From NCBI GenBank assembly GCA_047651235.1, contig CP178758.1, positions 1,500,001 through 1,532,000 on the forward strand: 32,000 nucleotides of DNA, in the 5' to 3' direction. A model generated the notes under the pieces. The model was not told the origin of the DNA and ran no database searches. It was given only the letters and a program-made list of their open reading frames with translations. Source of the DNA: Candidatus Electrothrix yaqonensis (lineage in GTDB: Bacteria > Desulfobacterota > Desulfobulbia > Desulfobulbales > Desulfobulbaceae). The position numbers were made by a program, and so were the translations under genes. Positions 1 to 8,713 of this stretch are shown here, in pieces (positions within the stretch are counted from its first letter, which is position 1; each line of letters begins with the position of its first letter).

Positions 1-675
1 CCAGTAAAGAGATTTTCTGCTGTCCCTGGGCAAATCAACGCCGACAAGATAGCGGTCGGCAAGAGCAGCCATAGCATGATGATCGTTGCGCCAGGCCGCA
101 TAATGCCCGGCTCTTTTCAGCCATTCAGGAGCATATTCATCCAGACAGTCGAAAATCGAATCAACATAGAGCTGATACCCCCGGATATCAGCTTCCGACA
201 GGGGTTCCTGACGGAGGAGGACGCTGTGAGCGACAAAACAGGCGCGCGGTATCGGCAGATGCTCTGTGCCGAAGGCACCGTCCTCTGCGTTCACGGCAAC
301 AGAGAGTGCTTCTTTAGGCATATCGGCTATATCGGATGAAAGCTGCTCAAGGCGGGCGGCATATCGGATAACATGGACAACCTGCTCGTCCTGCTCATCC
401 ACATACATCACCTTGACAAGCTGATACAATGCTTCTTTCTGCTCTTTGAGAGCGTAAACTCCCCCGGCAATCGGCTCCTTATTGTTATGAAGCTGCTGCC
501 CCTGACCGTTTTTTTCATGGCCCTGCTTTTGAAGAAAAACAGCAGTACCGGCAGGATCAGCAGAATTTTCCTTCTCAACAGCATCCAGCTTCGGCCCTTT
601 TTCTGCTGTATCGGCGCAGAGAAAACCTGCTTCGATCTGGAGTGATGTTCTGTTCTTTTTGATCTTTTTACTCAT
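1..675 (-). CDS. hypothetical protein, 3' end runs off the left edge of the window
   Basis: My own minus-strand translation from the ATG at 675-673 gives 225 open codons down to position 1 (MSKKIKKNRTSLQIEAGF...HYAAWRNDHHAMAALADRYLVGVDLPRDSRKSLYW). It is missing from the supplied ORF track, presumably because there is no stop in the window. No family recognised. Confidence 0.5.
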   Translation of the reverse strand, partial: MSKKIKKNRTSLQIEAGFLCADTAEKGPKLDAVEKENSADPAGTAVFLQKQGHEKNGQGQQLHNNKEPIAGGVYALKEQKEALYQLVKVMYVDEQDEQVVHVIRYAARLEQLSSDIADMPKEALSVAVNAEDGAFGTEHLPIPRACFVAHSVLLRQEPLSEADIRGYQLYVDSIFDCLDEYAPEWLKRAGHYAAWRNDHHAMAALADRYLVGVDLPRDSRKSLYW

Positions 676-1141
676 TCCATCTGCGGCAGCAGGGGCAGCC
701 CTGTTCTGTTCCGGCTGCCGAGCATAAAATATCTTCCTGAACTTTCCGGCGATCTTAAAAAGATTGAGTTTAAAGAAAGACATAAAAATATCCCTGCTGG
801 GGAAATTGGCTGACAAGCATCTGACAGTATCTGAAAATATCGCAACGGTTCCGGCTGACGGGTCAGAACCGAATTAATGTAGGAGAAAAAACATCCTCTG
901 TCAATCACTTCAGGTTTGCTGATACAGCAAACAAGGATATTTTATGCCCGAAAAAAAAGGCGTGGCAGATAAGAACAGAATAAAAAGATCCGACCTTGCA
1001 GCCGTGCCCTGTTGAGATTTCAGTCAATTACTGAGTAGACTTGATCGGCGCTTCGTTATAATATAGATTGTCCTGCGCAATCTCGGCGGCCAGCTCGTCA
1101 TACCCCAGCACGGCTCGCGGAACATAGCGGACACTGGCTGC

Positions 1142-1327
1142 AGCGCGGCGCACTGGCTAAGGCATAAGGCAGAAAAGGACGGTCTTGCCAAAGGAATCCA
1201 ACAGGGACTGCCCCAGGGAAAAATAGACGCAGCCCGGAACATGCTGGCAGACAATCTTCCTATAGAAACAATCTGCAAGTACACCGGACTCGACAACGAG
1301 GCGATTAAGCAACTACGGAACGCATAA
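1142..1327 (+). pseudogene. C-terminal relic of an Rpn-family (YhgA-like PD-(D/E)XK) recombination-promoting nuclease/putative transposase
   Basis: The frame ending at TAA 1325-1327 reads AEKDGLAKGIQQGLPQGKIDAARNMLADNLPIETICKYTGLDNEAIKQLRNA*. This matches the characteristic C-terminal tail of Rpn/YhgA-like proteins. There is no start codon, an in-frame TAG lies at 1064-1066, and the nuclease body is absent. Confidence 0.45.
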
Positions 1328-1391
1328 CCCTTCCTCTCTCCTCGGAAATACGTTCAAAGCAGAGAAAAATAAGAGATGAATATGAATCAAG

Positions 1392-2774
1392 TTGCAAAAA
1401 ATGCATTTCTCGTGCATTAATTCGGTTAAGATTAGACCTGAAAAGTTATCTTTCCCGTCCACCTCCATCTCAGCCGGACCGAAAAACGAGAACGTTTTAT
1501 GCTTATCGAATTCAGTGTCAAAAATTATCGTTCCTTCTGGGAGTCTGGGAGTCCCAAACCTTGAGCATGGCTGCCGGGGCAACAAAGGATTTCAGGAAGA
1601 AAATACCTTTATTCCGCCTGCAGAAGGACTGCCGAAGCTGCTTAGGTCGTCTGTTATTTATGGGGCCAATGGAGCCGGCAAGAGCAATCTTATTAAGGCG
1701 CTCGATTTCATGCAGGAGTTTGTCTCGCGTTCCTCCAAGGAAAGTCAGGAAGGTGAACATATCACAAGCAAACCTTTTCTTCTGCATCCGGACGGAAGAG
1801 ATACTGCAAGTGAATTTGAGGTGTTTTTTCTTCAGGATGACATTCGTTATCAATACGGTTTTGCTGTTACGAAAAAACGGGTGACCCATGAATGGCTCTT
1901 TGCCTATCCCGTCGGCAAACCTCAACGATGGTTCGAGCGGGCATATAATCCGGAAACAGAACAGGAAGAGTGGTATTTCGGCCCCAAGTTTTCCGGCCAG
2001 AAAAAAACATGGCAGGAATCGACCCGTGCAAATGCTTTATTTCTGTCCACCGCTGTTCAGCTAAATAGTGAGCAGCTCAAGCCGGTCTTTGCCTGGTTTC
2101 AGAAACTGGTTGTCATTAGACATGGGGAGCAGTTTAATCCCGAATTTACAACAGTAACATGTGAAAACGAAGAAAAATGTGCAGGTGTTCTCAAATTGCT
2201 GCGAGGAGCAGGAATTGAAGTTGATGGGATAGAGGTTAAAGAAAGCAAAATAAATCAGGTGAGACTCCCGACTAATATGCCTGATGAAGTCAAAAAAGCT
2301 ATTCAGCAGGACTTGCTGGGAAAGCCTGTGAAAAAAGTTTTCTTTCAGCATAACATCAAAGAGACCGGAGGCAAGTGTCTGCTTCCTTTGGACGAGGAGT
2401 CTGACGGAACCAAGAAATTATTCGCTTACGCTGCTCCCTGGCTGGATATATTGAACAATGGGCGGGTACTGGTCATTGATGAGCTGGACAACAGTTTTCA
2501 CCCCCATCTTGTCCGCTTCCTGCTTTCCTTAATTCACGATCCGGCATCCAACAAACAGAACGGACAGCTTATTTTTTCAACTCATGATACTTCTATCTTG
2601 GACGCAAAAATGCTGCGCCGGGACCAGATCTGGTTCATGGAAAAAGATGACGAGCAGGCAACGCAGCTCTACCCTTTGTCGGATTTTCATCCCCGAAAAA
2701 AAGAAGCCCTTGAAAAGGGCTACCTCCAGGGGCGGTTCGGAGCCTTGCCCTATATTGGTGAGGTCAGATTTTAA
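1392..2774 (+). CDS. AAA family ATPase (AAA_15/AAA_21 type, AbiLi/RloA-like partner of RloB); 5' end disrupted, probably a pseudogene
   Basis: Walker A is VIYGANGAGKSNLIKAL and Walker B is LVIDELDNSFHP. The C-terminal signature is QLIFSTHD...LRRDQIWFMEKD...GRFGALP. The canonical N-terminus MLIEFSVKNYRSF is encoded at 1499-1537 in a different frame and stops at 1562-1564. The track start at 1392 is only the longest in-frame start. Confidence 0.85.
   Translation: MQKMHFSCINSVKIRPEKLSFPSTSISAGPKNENVLCLSNSVSKIIVPSGSLGVPNLEHGCRGNKGFQEENTFIPPAEGLPKLLRSSVIYGANGAGKSNLIKALDFMQEFVSRSSKESQEGEHITSKPFLLHPDGRDTASEFEVFFLQDDIRYQYGFAVTKKRVTHEWLFAYPVGKPQRWFERAYNPETEQEEWYFGPKFSGQKKTWQESTRANALFLSTAVQLNSEQLKPVFAWFQKLVVIRHGEQFNPEFTTVTCENEEKCAGVLKLLRGAGIEVDGIEVKESKINQVRLPTNMPDEVKKAIQQDLLGKPVKKVFFQHNIKETGGKCLLPLDEESDGTKKLFAYAAPWLDILNNGRVLVIDELDNSFHPHLVRFLLSLIHDPASNKQNGQLIFSTHDTSILDAKMLRRDQIWFMEKDDEQATQLYPLSDFHPRKKEALEKGYLQGRFGALPYIGEVRF
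1536..1553 (+). repeat. 8-bp tandem duplication tctgggag/tctgggag(tc) inside the 5' end of the ATPase gene
   Basis: Direct reading shows units at 1536-1543 and 1544-1551 plus a partial third copy. It sits between the canonical N-terminal codons and the Walker A frame. Confidence 0.9.
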
Positions 2775-3214
2775 TGGGTAGGAGCGATAAACTGTTTCAT
2801 AAACGCAAAGCCCGGAGTGCTGCCGATCATAAAAGAAGATTGGCCAAAAGATCTCCCTATGACCGCGTGCTCATTGTCTGTGAAGGCAAGAAGACCGAAC
2901 CTGATTACTTCAAAGCGCTGATTGATGACCTGCAGTTGAACACTGCTAATATCAGAATTGCAGAAAATACCGCCGGTTCATCGCCACGCAATGTGGTCGA
3001 TCTAGCACTGCATGAGTACAAAAAAGACAAAAAGGCGGGTAGGGAAAGCGGTGAACAATATGATAGGGTCTATTGCGTTTTTGATAAAGATCAGCACGTA
3101 ACCTATCTGGAAGCGATTGATATTGTTCGAGGACAGCAAGCAAAAGATCAGCAGGTTATGGAGCATAGTGCTTACTTCTACTTTGTCAACCATAACCTTT
3201 TGATCTATTTGTAA
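2774..3214 (+). CDS. RloB-like protein (AbiLii-like), 3' truncated by IS insertion; native sequence ends near 3172
   Basis: The RloB N-terminal signature is RVLIVCEGKKTEPDYFKAL, followed by YCVFDKDQH. Its ATG overlaps the ATPase stop (TAATG at 2772-2776). The last ~14 codons and the stop are read from the IS terminal repeat. Confidence 0.8.
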   Translation: MGRSDKLFHKRKARSAADHKRRLAKRSPYDRVLIVCEGKKTEPDYFKALIDDLQLNTANIRIAENTAGSSPRNVVDLALHEYKKDKKAGRESGEQYDRVYCVFDKDQHVTYLEAIDIVRGQQAKDQQVMEHSAYFYFVNHNLLIYL

Positions 3215-3349
3215 AAACTTCTTGCAATATCCGGATAAAGTTGTATCTTTCATTAGGAAAATTTTATCGCTTTTTGATCAAGATAGCACCTGATAACAGC
3301 TATCAAAAAAATACCCGTCAATCGCCCTGATTATAACTTTATTCTTTTT

Positions 3350-4224
3350 ATGAACGCTCCCAGCCCCGAAAAAAGAAGTCCCCATGACAAATTCTTTGAG
3401 TTGACCGGCATCGCCCCACAACTTGCGTCATTTCATGAAAGATATCATCTCTTTTTTAAGAGACATACAGTAAGTTTGTCAGATAAAGCATTCCAATACT
3501 TGAAAGGTTTATTCCAGTCTGACAAAAAAACATGGAACGTATGGAGGAAAAGGTTCCGGGCGTTAAATATGAGCCCCTCCAGTATTTTCTTTCCGAATCG
3601 AACTGGGATTGGCGTCCTGTAAACAACCAAGTAGCTAAAGATGCAGATAAACTTTTAGGAGGGAGGAAAAACAGTGCTCTTTTAATTGATGAATCCGGGA
3701 TACCCAAAAAGGGTAAAATGTCTGTTGGGGTTTCTCGTCAATGGTGCGGGCAGCTTGGTAAAACCGACAACTGTCAAGTAGTTCTACTTTGGCGATCATA
3801 AACATAACTAGCTTATTTTTATTAAGTATTTAAAAACCCCTGTTTTTAGTATTATTAATATTATTAAATAGTTAATGGTATGGTCACCAAAGTAGAATTA
3901 GTTGTCAGACGTGAGGTTAAGTCCCCGAAAAAAATTAAATATAGCCTAAGTAATGCGGAAAGTAACACGTCAACAAGACGACTTGCATATATGCAAGCTC
4001 AACGATATTGGGTTGAACGGCCATTTCAGGATGCAAAAAATGAATGTGGAATGGGTGATTATCAGGCTCGGGGATGGCTGGCTTGGCATCATCATATGAC
4101 TATGGTCATGATGGCCATGTTGTTTATGGTCGAGCAACGATTATACCATCAAGTCGGTGTCCCGTTATTGAGTTGCGCTGATATAACAACATTACTCAAG
4201 TCAATTTTCCACGTCGAGATGTAA
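3350..4224 (+). pseudogene. IS701-family transposase, fragmented (ORFs 3350-3622, 3532-3801, 3880-4224)
   Basis: Motifs present are YLKGLF, EPLQYFLSESNWDW, LLIDESGIPKKGKMSVGVSRQWCGQLGKTDNCQV, and the C-terminal KYSLSNA...RYWVERPFQDAKNECGMGDYQARGWLAWHHH. The frame changes at the A7 tract 3524-3530. The central DDE region is missing. Confidence 0.85.
3779..3900 (+). repeat. about 120-bp AT-rich mini-element bounded by IS701-like terminal repeats, nested inside IS copy 1
   Basis: tagttctactttggcgatcataa (left) and ggtcaccaaagtagaatta (right) resemble the IS's own IRL and IRR. The interior has no ORF and is very AT-rich. The left boundary is ambiguous by about 3 nt. Confidence 0.6.
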
Positions 4225-4544
4225 ACGAAGATGAAGTTATAAGACAGCTTTGTCAACGGCATGAAAAGAGGCAAGCTTCGATTGATTTCGCATATGAGAA
4301 ACAACGGAATTGCAAATTATTACCACAGCCTTTGTGAGTGCCAAAGTAGAATTAGAGACAGGAAACATTCGGCAACGGCTATTCAGCAGGCTGCGGTATT
4401 CAATTGATTTTCATGAACAGGTCTGCTACAAGATAACTGAGGATTCTCCGCTGCCGGAGGGCCCGAACAGTATGTTCGTCAGGCGGGCTGCAGCCGCCTT
4501 TTTTCCAGACCGTATATTTTTTTACGTGTACCGACCACCTTCCT

Positions 4545-5303
4545 GTGCCGCACTACGATAACCTTGTCATTTTTCTTTCAGAACTGCGCAAATCGATCCG
4601 GTTTCTCGGCTTCAGCCTGATCGGGCTGACCGTGGTGATCTTTCTTCTCTCCACCGGCCTGATCACCGCATTTCAGGATCATCTGCACGAAAAGCTGTAT
4701 TTTTTTTCCGTGGCAGGCCCTTTTCTCGCCCATGTCAAGGTTTCCTTTTTCGGGGCGATCTATGCTTTGATGCCCCTGCTCATGTACGTGTTCTGGAAGG
4801 CATTAGGCAAGCCCTTCGGCGTGACCGGCAGACGGCTGTTCTGGTTTGTAGCTGCCACCAGCCTTCTTTTCTACGGCGGGACCCTGTTCTGCTATTTTGT
4901 CACTCTGCCGTACGGGGTTAAATTTCTGCTGAGCTTTCAGTCGGAAAGTATGAAGGCGGTAATCTCCATCGGTCGTTTTGTCAACTTTGTCACAGTCTTT
5001 ATTCTGGCTTTCGGCGTGATTTTTGAGCTGCCGGTATTCATGATCTTTTCCGTCCAGGTGGGCCTGCTTTCCCACCAGTTTTACGAAAAGAACCGCCGCT
5101 TTGCCGTGCTCGGCATTGCCATTCTGGCGGCCCTGCTCACCCCCACCCCGGATGTGGTGAACATGGCCTTTATGGGCGGGCCGCTGTATCTGCTGTATGA
5201 AGCCGGTATTCTGGTGGTCCGGCTGCTGCGGATTGAGGAACAACAGGTTCAGGACGCAGAGCAGGATGTTGTTCCGGTGAAAGACAGCAGGGGCAATTCA
5301 TGA
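4545..5303 (+). CDS. tatC: twin-arginine translocase subunit TatC
   Basis: A 252-aa polytopic membrane protein with a GTG start. It has FLSELRKSI at the N-terminus and FELPVFMIF and LLTPTPDVVNM motifs typical of TatC. Confidence 0.9.
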   Translation: MPHYDNLVIFLSELRKSIRFLGFSLIGLTVVIFLLSTGLITAFQDHLHEKLYFFSVAGPFLAHVKVSFFGAIYALMPLLMYVFWKALGKPFGVTGRRLFWFVAATSLLFYGGTLFCYFVTLPYGVKFLLSFQSESMKAVISIGRFVNFVTVFILAFGVIFELPVFMIFSVQVGLLSHQFYEKNRRFAVLGIAILAALLTPTPDVVNMAFMGGPLYLLYEAGILVVRLLRIEEQQVQDAEQDVVPVKDSRGNS

Positions 5304-5318
5304 ATTACCCTTGTCGGT

Positions 5319-5720
5319 TCAGAACTCGATAACGCGGATGCCGCAGGCAAGCAGGAGAGCTGCGGTTACACCGAGTTGGGTGACGCCGCAAGAAGGGCTT
5401 CCGGCCTTGAGCAGAGCAAGCTCAATATGTTGATCACGGGCAATTTTGAGTACAGCCTCGGCTCCGGCAATAAACTGCCTGCTGACATCCCGGTCGTCCA
5501 GCGTAATCACCTTGGCGCGGCCGTGCAGGACATCTGTGCCGTCACCGCCTGTCAGTTCGGCAGCAATGCGGGGCGTGGGCAGACCGCCAAGCTGTTCCGG
5601 ACAGACCGGAATATAGTGAAAATCGTTGAGATACTGCTGGCACCGGGCATCCGGCTTGCTGCGTCCGTCGTAGCGGGTGCATAAACCGGTCAGGCAGCTG
5701 CTGACCAGACATTGTTTCAT
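5319..5720 (-). CDS. DUF523 domain protein (2-thiouracil desulfurase-like family)
   Basis: The N-terminus MKQCLVSSCLTGLCTRYDGRSKP and the motif GSPSCG fit DUF523. I prefer the ATG at 5720 over the track start at 5774. Confidence 0.8.
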   Translation of the reverse strand: MKQCLVSSCLTGLCTRYDGRSKPDARCQQYLNDFHYIPVCPEQLGGLPTPRIAAELTGGDGTDVLHGRAKVITLDDRDVSRQFIAGAEAVLKIARDQHIELALLKAGSPSCGVTQLGVTAALLLACGIRVIEF

Positions 5721-5786
5721 TCGGAATCTCTCTGCGCCTTGAAAAAAAACACACAATACAGGACCGCCCGGCAACAGAACAGGGGA

Positions 5787-6095
5787 TTGAGATTCAACCT
5801 GCGGGAGAAAAGAGCATTCCGTCGGCTCCTGCTGATCGTGTTTGTTCTGGGCGTCTTTTTTCTCCTGTTTGCCCCGAACTGCAGCCTGTATTCATATTAT
5901 ATACTTCAGGAAAAGTCAAACAGAGTGGCTGAGGAAAACCGGAGGCTGCTGGAGGAAACTGCAGAACTGAAAAAAGAGATTGAGCTGCTGGAGTACGACA
6001 AAGCCTATTTGGAAAAAGTGGCACGGGAGAAATACGGGCTGCTGAAAAGAAATGAGGAGGTGTATTATCTCCGTCCGCAGGCGAAAAGGGATTAG
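5787..6095 (+). CDS. septum formation initiator family protein (FtsB/DivIC-like)
   Basis: It has a single N-terminal TM helix (LLLIVFVLGVFFLLF), then a coiled coil (ENRRLLEETAELKKEIELLEYD) and the conserved tail YLEKVAREKYGLLKRNEEVY. The start is uncertain: TTG 5787, or the upstream in-frame TTGs at 5712 and 5739. Confidence 0.75.
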   Translation: MRFNLREKRAFRRLLLIVFVLGVFFLLFAPNCSLYSYYILQEKSNRVAEENRRLLEETAELKKEIELLEYDKAYLEKVAREKYGLLKRNEEVYYLRPQAKRD

Positions 6096-6266
6096 TTTTT
6101 CTTCTGTTTTTGAATTATCTGCCCTGACCGTATTTATCGTAATCTGCGCAGTTTTTATTTCCACGGGGCAGGGTATAAACTTTCGCCTTCAGGCGGAAAT
6201 GTCTTTAGCCGATTTTTCCTCCGGGTGTACAATAAGTTCTCAGGAATAACAACCGGGAGAAAGCTG

Positions 6267-6650
6267 ATGGACAAAGAGAGATACAGACGTGGTTCTCATA
6301 CTGTTGCAGATTTCAAATATCATTTTGTGTGGAAGACGAAATACGGTCATCATGTGCTGCAAGATGATATCGCTCTGCGTCTATTTCCCCGCCTGCGCAA
6401 AACATACTGGGGTCGCCATTTGTGGTCACGCGGATATTTCGGAGCAAAACAGTGGGTGCGGTGACCGAAGAGCATATAAAACGGTATATTGAAAACCAGG
6501 ATGACTCCCCTGAATCTTTTAAGATTTGGGATGAATCCGATCCGAAGCCCTGAAACTCTGAACTTCAGTCGGATTTATCCGGTCAGTTCAGATGGCTTCA
6601 GCCTCAAAATGCGTTTACGCGCAAAGCAATCTACCGGCTTTAGCCGGTAG
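6267..6650 (+). mobile_element. IS200/IS605-family relic: tnpA pseudogene (6267-6553) plus a terminal-type hairpin (6631-6650)
   Basis: MDKERYRRGSHTVADFKYHFVWKTKYGHHVLQDDIALRL runs directly into FPRLRKTYWGRHLWSRGYFGA, so the HUH/catalytic-Tyr middle is deleted. A frameshift then leads to GAVTEEHIKRYIENQ...*. A perfect hairpin ctaccggc-ttta-gccggtag follows. Confidence 0.75.
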
Positions 6651-6698
6651 TACATTGAATCAGGAACGTCTAAAAAGCGTCCCGGCAGGGACAGCACG

Positions 6699-6760
6699 AA
6701 AATAGACCGGCGTTTTAACGCCGGGAGAAAAGACTAATTTTGTTCCGATTGGGCAGTATA
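6699..6760 (+). repeat. dispersed ~62-bp hairpin repeat, copy a
   Basis: aatagaccggcgttttaacgccgg is identical over 24 nt to 27810-27833. The next ~35 nt are similar. The core hairpin is ccggcg/cgccgg. Confidence 0.8.
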
Positions 6761-6801
6761 AATCTCTTTTTCTGCTCCTGCAAACGTCGTTGCACCAGGA
6801 A

Positions 6802-8334
6802 TCACCCCGTATCAAACTGCTGCCGCCGGTACTGCACCGCCTCGGCCACATGGGCGGCATCGATCCGCTCGGCTCCGGCCAGATCGGCAATGGTCCGGGC
6901 GATTTTGACAATACGGTGAAAGGCCCGTGCTGACAGGCCCAGCCGATCAATGGCGCTGTTGAGCAGAGCACTGCCGGGTCGGTCCAGCGGACAGAAGGCC
7001 TCGAGCTGGCGGGAACCCATCTGGGCATTGCAGTTGACGGACGGTTCTGCGGCAAAGCGCTGCTGCTGCACCCTGCGGGCCTGATTGACCCGCTCCCGGA
7101 TGGACTGTGAGGACTCACCGGGCTGCCGGGAGCTGAGTTCCTCCACCTGAACCGGCGGCACTTCCACATGCATGTCGATCCGGTCCAAAAGCGGGCCGGA
7201 CAACTGGTTGCGGTAGCGCTGTACCCGAATCGGTGTGCAGGTGCATTTTTTCACTTTGTCACCCAAGAAACCGCAGGGACACGGGTTCATAGCCGCCACC
7301 AGCATAAAGTCGGCCGGAAAGCGGAGACTGGCCGCTGCCCGGGCAATGGTGACAATGCCGTCTTCCAGAGGCTGGCGCATAACCTCCAGGACATGCTTGC
7401 GAAATTCCGGCATTTCATCCAGAAACAGGACGCCGTTGTGGGCCAGTGAGACCTCACCGGGCCGGGGAATCCGGCCGCCGCCGATCAGCCCGGCATCAGA
7501 GATAGTGTGATGGGGCGTGCGGAAGGGGCGGGTCACCAGCAGGGGCATGTCCTCGGGCAACAGCCCGGTGGTGGAATAGATCTTGGTGGTCTCCAGGGCC
7601 TCGGCAAGGCAGAGATCCGGCAGGATAGTGGGCAGTCGGCGGGCCATCATGGTCTTGCCGGTGCCGGGCACGCCGCTGAGCAGCAGGTTATGTCCGCCTG
7701 CTGCTGCCACCTCAAAGGCCCGTTTGGCGTGCTCCTGTCCCTTGACCTCGGAGAAATCCACCGGATACTCGCTCCGCCTGCTGAACAGGGCCTGCACGTC
7801 AGTGCGGGAAGGTTCAATATGCTGACGACCTGCCAGATAATCCACTGCCTGCCTAAGCTGTTCCACGGCAATAACCTCAATCCCGCTGACCACTGCCGCC
7901 TCATGGGCGTTCTCCGCCGGAACCAGAATGCGCTGAATCCTGTTCTGTTCCGCCTCAAGGACCATCGGCAGCACGCCCCGTACCGGGCGGACCGCGCCGT
8001 CCAGAGAAAGCTCGCCCACAACCGCAGTCTTTTCTAGGTCCGGGCAGGCCAACGTCCCGGCTGCTGCAAGGATGCCAAGGGCAATGGGCAGATCATACCC
8101 GGCGCCCTCCTTCTTGACGGATGCCGGGGCCAGATTGACCGTGATCCTGCGGGGCGGGAATTCATAGCCGGAGTTCTTGATCGCGGCCTTGACCCGATCC
8201 TTGGCTTCACGCACTGCGCCCTCAGCCAGGCCGACTGTGGAAAAGCCGGGCAGGCCCAGGGCTAGGTCCACTTCCACCCGGATGATCAGGCCCTCCACCC
8301 CTGTGACGGCACCGCTTAAGGTTTTGGCAAGCAT
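6802..8334 (-). CDS. comM: YifB/ComM family Mg-chelatase-like ATPase
   Basis: A 510-aa protein with a Lon-protease-like N-terminal domain (GLPGFSTVGLAEGAVREAKDRV), Walker A GVPGTGKT, and motifs GVLFLDEMPEF and AAMNPCPCG. Confidence 0.95.
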   Translation of the reverse strand: MLAKTLSGAVTGVEGLIIRVEVDLALGLPGFSTVGLAEGAVREAKDRVKAAIKNSGYEFPPRRITVNLAPASVKKEGAGYDLPIALGILAAAGTLACPDLEKTAVVGELSLDGAVRPVRGVLPMVLEAEQNRIQRILVPAENAHEAAVVSGIEVIAVEQLRQAVDYLAGRQHIEPSRTDVQALFSRRSEYPVDFSEVKGQEHAKRAFEVAAAGGHNLLLSGVPGTGKTMMARRLPTILPDLCLAEALETTKIYSTTGLLPEDMPLLVTRPFRTPHHTISDAGLIGGGRIPRPGEVSLAHNGVLFLDEMPEFRKHVLEVMRQPLEDGIVTIARAAASLRFPADFMLVAAMNPCPCGFLGDKVKKCTCTPIRVQRYRNQLSGPLLDRIDMHVEVPPVQVEELSSRQPGESSQSIRERVNQARRVQQQRFAAEPSVNCNAQMGSRQLEAFCPLDRPGSALLNSAIDRLGLSARAFHRIVKIARTIADLAGAERIDAAHVAEAVQYRRQQFDTG

Positions 8335-8713
8335 GGCGTTACGTTACGATATTGTCAGATATGCGGAACATTACAGATTTTCTCTCTGGGAATGCAAATC
8401 CGAGTACACTTAGCATGTGCACAGCAGGATGTCAATGGGCTGCGGCTGGTGAATTGGGTGGAAGCGTGACCGGTTCATCAGTCCGAGCAATCTTGGGAAG
8501 AGGTCGGAGCCACGAAAAACAGCTCATCATTCCGTAATCAAAAGTAAAATTCAACAAAATAAAAGTTCATTTTTTCAAGATACCCGCTTTATGCAGATGT
8601 GTTGCGCAGCTTTTCAACGGATCATCCCAACACCGGGCCGCATAATTTGAGGCCGTGAAGAAAGGAAAGGGTGGGCTCTGTCTTATCCCTTCCTCTTTAT
8701 AGGCATCGGAAAA

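Larger units (their letters stand above)
3173..4354 (+). mobile_element. IS701-family insertion sequence, copy 1 (defective: split transposase, catalytic core replaced by a nested mini-element)
   Basis: Ends were defined by comparing three copies. The left end is tacttctactttgtcaaccataacc and the right end is gtgccaaagtagaatta, which form imperfect inverted repeats. Internal ORFs carry IS701/DDE_5 motifs. Confidence 0.85.

Noticed and set aside
76-645. Plus-strand ORFs 76-339 and 373-645
   Set aside because: They are antisense to a 225-codon open frame running off the window edge, which gives a much more protein-like translation.
4310-4561. 83-aa ORF spanning the IS copy-1 right end into the tatC upstream region
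   Set aside because: It starts inside the IS terminal sequence and reads across the junction. I checked the post-IS part in all frames for an RloB C-terminal remnant and found none.
6660-8037. Several 80-176-aa ORFs overlapping comM in other frames or strands
   Set aside because: They are nested within the well-supported comM CDS and have no independent signals.
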